Shown piece after piece: positions 27,624 to 36,703 of a stretch of DNA of 64,000 nt. Every line of letters starts with the position of its first letter. Position 1 is the stretch's first letter. A program made the translations under genes and the position numbers. Origin of the DNA: Candidatus Sericytochromatia bacterium (GTDB taxonomy: Bacteria; Cyanobacteriota; Sericytochromatia; S15B-MN24; VGJW01); the NCBI GenBank assembly GCA_035285865.1, contig JAYKHS010000010.1:1-64000 (forward strand), written 5' to 3'. The notes under the pieces were generated by a model that saw only the letters and a list, made by a program, of their open reading frames with translations, made no database searches and was not told the DNA's origin.

Positions 27624-27680
27624 GGCTGGCCCTCCTGAAGTGCGGGACGGCGACCATGCAACCCTCGCCGGGTGGACGCG

Positions 27681-30059
27681 TCAAGGCCAAGGATGACGAG
27701 GATAGCGCCGCTTCAGCTCGCGCTTGATTTCCGGATAGGCCGTGTGCCAGAAACGGTCCAGATCGTCCGTCTTCTGAACGGTACGCATGTTGGGGGCGAG
27801 GATATCGAAGCGCAGGGGCAGGCGGCCCTCGAAGATGCGCTGCGGCCCCGTCAGACCGATCAGGTCGCCCAGGCGAGCCGAAAGCTCGGCTTTCCCGTCC
27901 TCATCGATCGTGATCCGACCATGGCGTCCGTTCGGCAGGGGCCAACGCGCGGGCGCGAGGCGCTGCAGACGCTGGGCCAGCCACGGACCCAGCAATTCGT
28001 CGATGACGCGCCGCAGGGCCCCGGGATCGAGATCCTCGGGTCGTCGCAGCCCTGCACAAGCCTCGTGCAGAATGAGCGGCCAGTCCTCGTCAAGATCCGG
28101 CCAGCCCTCGTCGGGTAGCAACCGCGCGGCGAGGCGGACACGCCGCAGCCACTGCACAAGATCGGCGTCCTCGAGTGCGGCAAGCCTGAGGCCACGATTC
28201 ATGATCGCTTCGGCGAGGGCCTGCTGGACCTCCGATGGTTGCCACGCCGAGGGCGGCAGCGGTTCATGACGCAACAGGAGACCCACGAGTCGGACGGCCC
28301 GCTGCTGCACGACCCTGCCATGGCGCTCATCCCATCCCGTGACGACTGCCGTCTCGAGCGCCTCCGGCCACCAGGACGCTTTGGCCTCCAGCCATGCATC
28401 GCAGCGCGTGACGCGCTGGCCTGTGCCATCCATCGGCTGCCGGTGCAAGAGCAGCACGAGGTCGGGACTCCCTTCCGGCAAGAGGACGCGCTCGTCGGCA
28501 GCATCGCGATGGGCCCTTTCCGCCCTTGCGGCAAGGGCATCCGGCAGGGCCTCGAGCCAGGCAATCGCCACGGCGCGTCTGGCCTCGTCCCCGGGCACGG
28601 CAGAGTTCTCCCACGGGCCGGACTCCGCGTGATGAAGCCCGCAAATGCGGCCAATCTGGCGGAGCGTCCGGGCGGAGTCCCCGAAGCGAGACGGGGCACG
28701 CAAGAGCTCCCAGGCATCCTGAAGCAGGTCCCCCCCGGGATGCCCCGGTTCATGCCTGAGCACGGCGGTCGCCGCGAGCAGCCAGGTCCAGGGGGAATCG
28801 TCCCGGACTGCAGAGGCGACCACGGCAGCACCTTCCGGGTCCAAGGGCAGTTGGGCCATCTTCTTGCCCTGGTCGGTGAGGGCTCCGGACGCGTCCGTCG
28901 CACCGAGGGCACGCAGCCGTGCCGTTGCCTGCTGGACGACGGCCTCGGGCAAGGGCGTCGGGAGTTCCTCGCGGATGCCGAGCTGTCGCAGGCGCAAGAC
29001 CGTCTGCAAAGGATTCTCCACCAGGATCGCGGGATGGGGGCGCTCGTCCATCGAGGCCGTGAACTCGGGGCTCCAGAGTCGGATGCATCGGCCTGGGGCC
29101 GTCCGACCTGCGCGGCCTGCGCGCTGGATGGCGTTGGCGCGGGTGATCCACCCCAGCCTCAGTGCGGCAGGTTGGCCCGGGGCTCCGGGCATGGTCCTGC
29201 GGGCCTTGCCGCAGTCGATGACCGCCGTGACGCCCGGAATCGTCAGCGAGGTTTCGGCGACGTTGGTGGCGAGGATGACCGAGCGCTCCCTCGAGGGTAC
29301 CTCCAGCGCCTCCCGCTGCAATTCGAGGGGCATGGCGCCGTGCAGGCGCAGCAGCTTGATGCCGGCATCCCGGACAGCCGGGCCCAATATTTCCGCGACG
29401 CGTTCGATTTCCCCTTTGCCAGGCAGGAACACCAGCACCGAGCCATCGAGGCCTTCGGCCCTGAGGTCGCGAAAGGCGCGCGCGACCTGGTCACCAAGGG
29501 ATTCGCGGGCCATCGGCGACTGGTGGCGCATGGACACGGGATGGGCCGTTCCGGGAACCTCGATGACAGGCGCACCGCCCATCCATCGAGCCACTTCGTC
29601 GGCCTCGATCGTCGCCGACATGACCAGCAACCGCGGACCGTGCGGTCGACTCAAGGCCCAGGCCGCGGCCAGGTCGTTCTCCACCGTCCGCTCGTGCCAC
29701 TCGTCCAGCACCAGAATGTCCGGTTGCGTCTGGCGTTCCGACTGCAACAGCTCCTGCAGGTAGACGCCAGCGGTCGCGAACAGCAGGCGCGTCCGAGGAC
29801 CTGCCTTGCGATCATGGCGTACGGCATAGCCCACCTCATCGCCCAGAGTGCGGCCTTCGGCGGCCCTGCTGGCCAGCATGCGCGCCGCGACGCGCCGCGG
29901 TTGCAAGACCGTCACGCGGTGGCCGAGGCTCATGAGATGGGCGGGAACCAAGGTGGACTTGCCGGTGCCGGGTGGGGCGACCAGCACGAGCCGATCACGG
30001 TCCAGCAGGGTCTTCGTGATTGGGTCGAGGTATTCCCGGACAGGCAGCATCACCGGCAT
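27681..30059 (-). CDS. hrpB: ATP-dependent helicase HrpB
   Basis: APPGTGKST, QPRRVAAR, DEWHER, MSAT, LATNVAETSLTI, QRAGRAGR, C-terminal DLxxFW...YPRHPWP. Confidence 0.92.
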   Translation of the reverse strand: MPVMLPVREYLDPITKTLLDRDRLVLVAPPGTGKSTLVPAHLMSLGHRVTVLQPRRVAARMLASRAAEGRTLGDEVGYAVRHDRKAGPRTRLLFATAGVYLQELLQSERQTQPDILVLDEWHERTVENDLAAAWALSRPHGPRLLVMSATIEADEVARWMGGAPVIEVPGTAHPVSMRHQSPMARESLGDQVARAFRDLRAEGLDGSVLVFLPGKGEIERVAEILGPAVRDAGIKLLRLHGAMPLELQREALEVPSRERSVILATNVAETSLTIPGVTAVIDCGKARRTMPGAPGQPAALRLGWITRANAIQRAGRAGRTAPGRCIRLWSPEFTASMDERPHPAILVENPLQTVLRLRQLGIREELPTPLPEAVVQQATARLRALGATDASGALTDQGKKMAQLPLDPEGAAVVASAVRDDSPWTWLLAATAVLRHEPGHPGGDLLQDAWELLRAPSRFGDSARTLRQIGRICGLHHAESGPWENSAVPGDEARRAVAIAWLEALPDALAARAERAHRDAADERVLLPEGSPDLVLLLHRQPMDGTGQRVTRCDAWLEAKASWWPEALETAVVTGWDERHGRVVQQRAVRLVGLLLRHEPLPPSAWQPSEVQQALAEAIMNRGLRLAALEDADLVQWLRRVRLAARLLPDEGWPDLDEDWPLILHEACAGLRRPEDLDPGALRRVIDELLGPWLAQRLQRLAPARWPLPNGRHGRITIDEDGKAELSARLGDLIGLTGPQRIFEGRLPLRFDILAPNMRTVQKTDDLDRFWHTAYPEIKRELKRRYPRHPWP

Positions 30060-30082
30060 GGTAGCCGGGAGCACGCACGCCG

Positions 30083-30958
30083 TCAGGCCCCGATGGAGAT
30101 CAGGCCGTGCGTGCCGCGGGCCTTCTGCGCGGCAAGAAACTGCGCGGTCGTGATGACGATGGGGCCCTTGCGGTTGGCCGGATCGTTCAGATACACCTTG
30201 TTTCCTTCGACCTTCCAGACGACGGCGTAGTGGCCGGTCCGCGTGCCCGGGCGCAGGTAGGTGGCGCAGACGTGGGCGATGACGAGGCGGCCCTGGGCCA
30301 ACTCCGCCCGCAGCTTGTCCAGCCCACCCCACACCACGCGCGTGTTCAGTCCGTAGCTGGCTGCGCCCTTCTCCAACTGCTTGAAACTGGTGCCCTTGAA
30401 TTCGTCGCTCTGCCGGGTGCCCGCGCCCATGCGGCGCCGGGTCTCCTCGATGGCGGCGTTGGCGGATTCCGGCGTGACTTCGACCTTGCCGAAGGCGCGG
30501 GCAATCATCGTCAAGCTCGTGGGTCCGCAGTTGCCGTTGCCCGGCGCGTCCTCGCGCGAGTTGAACACTCCGCGGTTCTGCGAGATGAACCAGCTTTCGG
30601 GATTGGCCGGAATCCCTCTCGGAGTGGTCCGGGGCAACGGAGGGGGAGCCGGTTGCTTCTGGACAGGCGGTGGCGAGACGGGCATCGGGGCACCCGGCAT
30701 CGGCGCCAGAACGGGCGGACTCGGGATCGGGTTGCTGACCAGGGTGTCCAACTGCGCCAGCAGGTCGGCATACGGTGCGGGAGCGAATACGGTGGTCACG
30801 GCAGGTTGCCAGGAGGACGGGGCGTGGCCAATCCACGCATCCTGCGCGACAGGCAGAACCGGTGCCCACGGACTGCTCGACGGGGGTATGGGACCCGGTC
30901 CGACCGGCACCAAGGCGACCGGCACGAAGCCACCACCAAAGGACGGTACGGTCGGCAT
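30083..30958 (-). CDS. C39-like cysteine peptidase with Pro-rich N-terminus
   Basis: ISQ...NCGPTSLTM, GHYAVV, YLNDPA. Confidence 0.82.
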   Translation of the reverse strand: MPTVPSFGGGFVPVALVPVGPGPIPPSSSPWAPVLPVAQDAWIGHAPSSWQPAVTTVFAPAPYADLLAQLDTLVSNPIPSPPVLAPMPGAPMPVSPPPVQKQPAPPPLPRTTPRGIPANPESWFISQNRGVFNSREDAPGNGNCGPTSLTMIARAFGKVEVTPESANAAIEETRRRMGAGTRQSDEFKGTSFKQLEKGAASYGLNTRVVWGGLDKLRAELAQGRLVIAHVCATYLRPGTRTGHYAVVWKVEGNKVYLNDPANRKGPIVITTAQFLAAQKARGTHGLISIGA

Positions 30959-31047
30959 GCTGGACGATTCCCCCTATGGTGTCTGTCGGCTGCTTGACCT
31001 CCCGTTCGGTAAAGAAGTCCGGAACAACAGGTTAATTGTCCGACCGT

Positions 31048-32154
31048 TCAGAACACCCATTGACCGAGCGTCCAGTTCCGGGACCACGCGAGCGTGGCCA
31101 TGAAGGACAGCGCCACGAGCACCGCACACGTTCTGGGGCGCCCGGCCAGTCCCGGTGCAACCAGCCACCAGAGGGCCGGCGAGCCGTAGAGGTAGCGGTC
31201 GCCGCTTTCGGTCCATCCCGTCGCCAGGACCAGCAACAGGTGGCTTCCTGCTGCCGCCGCCGCTCCTGGCTGCGCCTGCAGATGCCTCAGGACCACGGCG
31301 AGCGTGCCGTACGCCATGACCGCCTTGAGCAGGCCTTGGTGGCCCATGGGCCCGAGGCATCCCAGGCTGAGCGGTCCCGCCCAGCCCCAGCCGCCCGGGG
31401 GCCGACCGTCATGCCAGTGCCGCTGGGCATGCAGGAAGGCCAACGCGTCGCCGAACTCCAGATACTGCCAGGTCATGACACAGGCAAGGCCAAGCGCCGG
31501 CGCCATCAGCACCGCCCATCTGAACCATCCGCGCACTCCGAACGCCATCCCCCCGAGCGCCAGGCCCGACACACGAAGGCCGCCGCTCAACGCGAGGGCC
31601 AACAAGGTGGTCGGGCTCGGCCGGGATGCGCTGGCGAGCGTGTAAAGCGCCACCGTCCCGCAGGCCAGGAAGAGCGGTTCGGTATAGGCGATGCGTCCGG
31701 TGATGCCGTGGGGCCACATGGCCACGGCGAGCACGGCCAGGAGTCCGGCCCGGACTCCATGACTGCGAGACACCCATCTGTGGAGCAAGACCAACCACAC
31801 CCACTGGCACGCGACCGGAAGCATGAAGCCTGCCGCATCGGGCGGAACCCCGGCGTGCATGGCGGCCCGAAGCAGGAGGGGCCAGAGCGGCAGGAATGCG
31901 GTGCCCTGCGGGACCTGTCCGTCCGTGGGCGCATCCCAGCCCTCCTGCGCAAGGCCCAGATACCAGCCACCATCCCAGCCCCACGGCCAGGCCAATGGCG
32001 CGACCGCCGTCCCGGCCGTGGGCCACAGCCATGCGGTCAGCACACCAAGAGCCGTTGCGCTCCAGCCAGCGGCAACCGCCATCAGGGCTGCGAGCACCGA
32101 TGGGCGCCAGGAGCGAGCAAAGGGCTCCGCTTGTTCCACCCCGGGTGCCGCCAT
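31048..32154 (-). CDS. GT-C mannosyltransferase family (PIG-V-like) membrane protein
   Basis: WDGGWYLGLAQEGW, AFLPLWPLL, YTEPLFL, FGDALAFLHAQRHW. Confidence 0.82.
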   Translation of the reverse strand: MAAPGVEQAEPFARSWRPSVLAALMAVAAGWSATALGVLTAWLWPTAGTAVAPLAWPWGWDGGWYLGLAQEGWDAPTDGQVPQGTAFLPLWPLLLRAAMHAGVPPDAAGFMLPVACQWVWLVLLHRWVSRSHGVRAGLLAVLAVAMWPHGITGRIAYTEPLFLACGTVALYTLASASRPSPTTLLALALSGGLRVSGLALGGMAFGVRGWFRWAVLMAPALGLACVMTWQYLEFGDALAFLHAQRHWHDGRPPGGWGWAGPLSLGCLGPMGHQGLLKAVMAYGTLAVVLRHLQAQPGAAAAAGSHLLLVLATGWTESGDRYLYGSPALWWLVAPGLAGRPRTCAVLVALSFMATLAWSRNWTLGQWVF

Positions 32155-32198
32155 CCGTCCGCCTTGCCCCGCATGGTATCCGCACCTAACATCATGGC

Positions 32199-33065
32199 AT
32201 GGTCGTGCGCATCGGAGGAGTCGCCTCCACAGACGCCGCCCCCTTCCTGAAGTGGGCCGGCGGCAAAGCGCGTCTCTTGCCCGTCCTGACCGCCGTCTAC
32301 CGAAAGGTGGCGCCGACGGGGCGGTACTTCGAGCCGTTTCTCGGCGGCGGGGCGCTGTTCTTCGGCTTGGTTGCCGAGGGCCTGCTGCTGCCCCGCCGGG
32401 CCGTGCTCTCGGACTTCAACCCGCACCTGATCGATGCCTACACGGCGGTCCGGGACCAGCCGGATGCTCTGCTGGACCTGCTTGAGGAGCATCAGTCCCG
32501 TCACGACTCCGAACACTACGCACGTGTCCGATCCTCAGTTCCACGCGACAGGCTTGGTCGTGCGGCCCGGATGATCTACCTGAACCGAACCTGCTTCAAC
32601 GGGCTGTACCGCGAGAATGCCAAGGGTGGCTTCAACGTGCCCATGGGGCGCTACCGCAATCCGCGGATTGCCGACCGCTCGCGCATCGAAGCCTCCTCTC
32701 GCACGCTTCAGGAGGTGGCGCTGTCGTGCCGCGGCTTCCTCGAAGCCGGACGCGATGTGGTCGCCGGGGACTTCGTTTACTTGGACCCGCCCTACTTCCC
32801 CTTGTCGCGGACTTCTTCATTCACGCGCTATGTCGGGGACGACTTCGGCGCGGATCAGCAAGTCGCCTTGCGCGATCTTTGCCGCGACTTGGCGGCGCGT
32901 GGCGCAACGGTCCTCGTCTCGAATTCCGATTGCGCCTTCATTCGCGATCTCTACGGAGATTGGCCGATGCTTTCCGTCTCGATGCCTCGCTCCATCAATG
33001 CGCAGACCAGTGGCCGCGGCGACGTCGCGGAGTTGCTGATCTGCAACCGGCCAGCCTTCTGCTAG
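32199..33065 (+). CDS. dam: Dam-family (D12 class) DNA adenine methyltransferase
   Basis: FLKWAGGK, YFEPFLGGGA, YLNRTCFNGLYRENxxGxFNVP, YLDPPY. Confidence 0.92.
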   Translation: MVVRIGGVASTDAAPFLKWAGGKARLLPVLTAVYRKVAPTGRYFEPFLGGGALFFGLVAEGLLLPRRAVLSDFNPHLIDAYTAVRDQPDALLDLLEEHQSRHDSEHYARVRSSVPRDRLGRAARMIYLNRTCFNGLYRENAKGGFNVPMGRYRNPRIADRSRIEASSRTLQEVALSCRGFLEAGRDVVAGDFVYLDPPYFPLSRTSSFTRYVGDDFGADQQVALRDLCRDLAARGATVLVSNSDCAFIRDLYGDWPMLSVSMPRSINAQTSGRGDVAELLICNRPAFC

Positions 33066-33089
33066 ATCCGGACCGAAAGCCCTGCGCGG

Positions 33090-33524
33090 TCAGCCTTCAC
33101 CGTCCGGGCCGGATTGGCGGCTGCGCTTGATGGCACCACGAGACTTCTTGCCCGTGAGCCGGCGTTCCTGGCTGCCCCGCGTGGGGCGGGTGGCCCTGCG
33201 CGGCCTTGGTCGCACCAGCGCCGCACGCACGAGGGCCACGAAGCGCTCTTCGGCCAACTGCCGATTGGCGGCCTGATGGCGGCTGTCCGCGACCGTAAGG
33301 GCGAGGATGCCGCCCTCCAGCCAACGATGGCCTGCCATGACCTCGAGACGCTCGCGGGCATCGGCCGGCAGGCCTTCGATGGCGTCCACCGGTACCCTCA
33401 GCTGGATGCGGGTCGCGACCTTGTTGACGTTCTGGCCACCCGGCCCGCCCGCGCGGGTCGCCCGCACCGCCAAGGCTTCCGTCGGCACCCGGATGCCGGG
33501 AGCGATGTCGAGGTACTCGGGCAT
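33090..33524 (-). CDS. arfB: Alternative ribosome rescue peptidyl-tRNA hydrolase ArfB
   Basis: GGPGGQNVNKV; basic tail RRATRPTRGSQERRL. Confidence 0.93.
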   Translation of the reverse strand: MPEYLDIAPGIRVPTEALAVRATRAGGPGGQNVNKVATRIQLRVPVDAIEGLPADARERLEVMAGHRWLEGGILALTVADSRHQAANRQLAEERFVALVRAALVRPRPRRATRPTRGSQERRLTGKKSRGAIKRSRQSGPDGEG

Positions 33525-33636
33525 GGTGGTCGTCCTCTGTACGGTGCCGCAGGCGGATGGTAGGGTGGAAGGGCGGGAGTGGCTTTGTGCCCCCGTCCTG
33601 ATCGTTACATTGATATTTTCTGATTGTGAGGATTTT

Positions 33637-35103
33637 TTGCCCTTTTCCGATTTTTCGCTGAGTCCCGACGTCCTTGCAGGCGTGGCACGGCTTGGCTTCA
33701 CCGAGCCCACTCCCGTTCAGCGCCTCGCGATTCCCGCCGTGCTCGAGGGACGCGATGCCGTCGTCCGGGCCAAGACCGGCTCCGGCAAAACGCTGGCCTT
33801 CGGCCTGCCGCTGCTCACCATGGTCCCGAGTGGCAAGGGCAAGCCGACGGTGCTGATTGTCCTGCCCACCCGCGAGTTGGCTCTGCAGGTCAGGGATGCC
33901 ATCGAGTCGGTCGCTCAGGGTAGTCCCTTGCGCCTGACGCCCGTGTTCGGTGGCGTGGGTCTGGAACCTCAGGAGCGCGCCCTGCGACAGGGAACCGACA
34001 TCGTGGTCGGCACGCCGGGCCGCCTCAAGGACCTGCTCGGGCGTGGCAGTCTCGACCTGTCCCACGTCTCCATCCTTGTGCTGGATGAAGCCGACCAGAT
34101 GCTCGACATGGGCTTCCGCAGGGATATCGAGTTCCTGGTGGGTCGGCTGCCGGCACGCCAACAGACCATCCTGTTTTCGGCCACGATGCCTGACCCGATC
34201 CGCCAGTTGGCCGACCGCTACCTGAAGGATCCGGTGAACCTCGAGGCGCAGTCCGAGGAAAGGATCCCCGCGCGCATCGTCCACCAGATGGTTCGCGTGG
34301 ATCGCGGTCAGCGTGTCGAGGCCCTGTGGGCCCTGCTGGCGTCGGATCGCCCGGGTCGCACGATCATCTTCACGCAGATGAAGCACGAGACCCGGCGCGT
34401 GGCCCAGAAGCTCGAGCGTTGCCTCGAGCGGCCCGTGGGCTTCCTGAACGGAAACATGTCCCAGGCTGCTCGCAACACGATGCTGGCCCGGTTCAAGTCC
34501 GGTGAAATCGATGTCCTCGTCGCGACCGACGTTGCGGCGCGCGGCCTCGACATCGAAGGCGTGGACCTGGTGCTGCACCACGGCGTGCCGACCACCGTCG
34601 AGACCTACATCCACCGCAGTGGCCGCACGGGCCGTGCCGGGCGCGAGGGTACCAGCGTGCTGCTGGTTACCCACGATGACCACGAGGCCTACCACCCCAT
34701 CGCGAAGCGCGTCGCCATCCAAGAGCGGCCGATGCCCCCGCTGCCCGGCCCCATGCCGGCTTCGGCGCCGGATGAGCGGTCGCGCGGCGATCGCCCGCCG
34801 GCCCCGAGGGGTGGGCGCCCGGTCGAACGTCGCGGAGTTCAGCCTGCCGGGGCACCGCGGGGCGGTCAGGCCTCGGCGGATCAGGTCTGGAAGGTCGTTC
34901 GTCTGCGCCTGTCACCTCTGCCGGAGCAGAATCCCAAGCGTCTGGTTCAGTGGTTGGCCAAGCGAACGGGTATCGCGGCGCACGAGCTGCGCGGGCTGTC
35001 CATCATGCCGGACCACGTGCGCCTCGAGGTTGCGGCATCACGTCGCGATGCTTTCCTCTCCCGTCTTGCAAAGCCTGCAAGGAGCGGTTCCCGCGGGGCA
35101 TGA
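33637..35103 (+). CDS. DEAD-box RNA helicase
   Basis: PTPVQ, TGSGKT, PTRELA, TPGR, DEAD, SAT, ARGLD, HRSGRTGR; TTG start after GAGGA. Confidence 0.93.
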   Translation: MPFSDFSLSPDVLAGVARLGFTEPTPVQRLAIPAVLEGRDAVVRAKTGSGKTLAFGLPLLTMVPSGKGKPTVLIVLPTRELALQVRDAIESVAQGSPLRLTPVFGGVGLEPQERALRQGTDIVVGTPGRLKDLLGRGSLDLSHVSILVLDEADQMLDMGFRRDIEFLVGRLPARQQTILFSATMPDPIRQLADRYLKDPVNLEAQSEERIPARIVHQMVRVDRGQRVEALWALLASDRPGRTIIFTQMKHETRRVAQKLERCLERPVGFLNGNMSQAARNTMLARFKSGEIDVLVATDVAARGLDIEGVDLVLHHGVPTTVETYIHRSGRTGRAGREGTSVLLVTHDDHEAYHPIAKRVAIQERPMPPLPGPMPASAPDERSRGDRPPAPRGGRPVERRGVQPAGAPRGGQASADQVWKVVRLRLSPLPEQNPKRLVQWLAKRTGIAAHELRGLSIMPDHVRLEVAASRRDAFLSRLAKPARSGSRGA

Positions 35104-35110
35104 TGCTTCC

Positions 35111-35449
35111 GTGCATCGCGCCCCTCAACTGCTGATCCTGCTCCTCTCGGGCTGTGTGGCCCAACAGGAGGTGCTGCCGACCGAGACGATGTCTTTTCGT
35201 GAGCACGTGGCGCCGGTGTTCGAACGCTCCTGTGCCGGTTGCCATGCTGTGGGCGGCAGCAATGCCCGGGATGCTGTCTATCTCGGCGCTTCGGGCAAAG
35301 CTGATTACACCGCGATTCGGGGGGGGATCGCCCTGGCCCTTCGCGAGATCGAAAGTGGTCACATGCCTCCTCGCGGTGGTGTGGCCGTGACGACCGAGGA
35401 GCGCCTCCGCATCAAGGCATGGGTTGCTCAGGGCAGCAAGGACAACTGA
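35111..35449 (+). CDS. Monoheme c-type cytochrome lipoprotein
   Basis: Lipobox LSGC; CAGCH; distal MPP; IKAWVAQG. Confidence 0.85.
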   Translation: MHRAPQLLILLLSGCVAQQEVLPTETMSFREHVAPVFERSCAGCHAVGGSNARDAVYLGASGKADYTAIRGGIALALREIESGHMPPRGGVAVTTEERLRIKAWVAQGSKDN

Positions 35450-35452
35450 ATC

Positions 35453-36064
35453 TTGCGTACGCCTCATCTACGATTCGTGGCGACCTTGGCCGTGGCCATC
35501 GCCCTGGCCGTGCAGTTGCCGGCTCTGGCCGCCACGACGAATGTCGCGGCGGAGGCCGCGGCCGGAGACCGCTTGGAACTCTCCCTGTCTGCCTTGGAAC
35601 CGGCCACGGATCAGGCCGATGACGGGGTGCTTGCGGTCATCGAGGATCGTCGCCACCATCAGCTCCAACTACACCAGGGCCTGGCTCTCGGCACACTTGG
35701 CACGATGGCTCTTGCGGCCGGCATGGGCCTCTGGAGCGCGCATGGCTATCTCGATCGTTCCGCAGGAACGGCCATCCATGCCGCCTTGGGGGGGATTTCC
35801 GCAGGCCTGTATCTGGCATCTGCCGGTCTGTCCCTGTCGGCGCCCGCCCTTCCCCCTGACCCCGGGTCGGTGGCCGCAGGTTGGGACACCGTCGACGTTC
35901 ATCGCGCGCTGGCCTGGGGGCATGGGGCAGCCATGGCCCTGACGGTCCTGACCGGCGTGGCCAGGCTCTCAGGACGTCTGGACAATGAACCGCATCAGGC
36001 AGCCGGTCTCGCTGCCGTGGCCCTCATGGGGTTTTCCGCCGGGGTCATCGCCCTTGTTCCCTAG
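35453..36064 (+). CDS. Membrane protein with His-bearing TM helices
   Basis: Signal-like N-terminus then four helices beginning LHQ, IHA, VHR, PHQ. Confidence 0.7.
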   Translation: MRTPHLRFVATLAVAIALAVQLPALAATTNVAAEAAAGDRLELSLSALEPATDQADDGVLAVIEDRRHHQLQLHQGLALGTLGTMALAAGMGLWSAHGYLDRSAGTAIHAALGGISAGLYLASAGLSLSAPALPPDPGSVAAGWDTVDVHRALAWGHGAAMALTVLTGVARLSGRLDNEPHQAAGLAAVALMGFSAGVIALVP

Positions 36065-36659
36065 GCTGGGCGTCCTCGCGGCCATCCTCCTGGCTCAGAT
36101 TGCCGCTCCGCCCGCGGCCCAGGCCGCAGCTGGCGTGGTCTATGCCTTCGGGGGGGAGTCTCATCTCACCTATCGGCTCGCGCACCCGCTTCACGTGACC
36201 ACAGGGGAGTCCGACCGCCTGCAGGGCACCGTGCAGGTCCTGGATCCCGCCGAGGGAAGCCTCCAACTTCCTCTCCGGTTGACGACACCCGTCCGTTCCT
36301 TCCACAGCGGCAACCGCAGCCGCGACCGGAACATGGCCCTCGTCATGCAAGCCGAGCGGCATCCGTTCGTCGAACTGCTCGTCCAGCAGATCGCCTGGCG
36401 TACTCGGCGGCCGACCGGTGCGGGGCTCGACCTCGTAGGCGAGGGGACGGCCTCCGTTCGGATAAGAGGTGTCACCAGACCGGCTGTCCTTGGCATTCGT
36501 GGGACGCTCCGCCCGCAGACCCTCTCGGTCACGGCAAGCTTTTCGGTCAGTCTTGAGGCCCACGGTGTCGAGCGACCCAGCCTGATGCTGCGGCCTGTCG
36601 ACGACTTGGTGGAACTCACGATCGAAGCGACGGCCACACCTGCCAATCCGATGCCCTGA
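36054..36659 (+). CDS. YceI-family protein
   Basis: LAHPLHVTTG, SFHSGNRSRDRNM, IRGVTRP, VDDLVEL; start approximate. Confidence 0.85.
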   Translation: MFPRLGVLAAILLAQIAAPPAAQAAAGVVYAFGGESHLTYRLAHPLHVTTGESDRLQGTVQVLDPAEGSLQLPLRLTTPVRSFHSGNRSRDRNMALVMQAERHPFVELLVQQIAWRTRRPTGAGLDLVGEGTASVRIRGVTRPAVLGIRGTLRPQTLSVTASFSVSLEAHGVERPSLMLRPVDDLVELTIEATATPANPMP

Positions 36660-36703
36660 GGAGGGCCTGAGGCCCTGCCGCCGGGCGGTACCTGCCGACG
36701 GCG

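Noticed and set aside
27681..30869. 1062-aa HrpB and similarly over-extended ORFs (47069-48466, 49984-52272, 54693-56606)
   Set aside because: Extensions overlap neighbouring real genes; starts were trimmed
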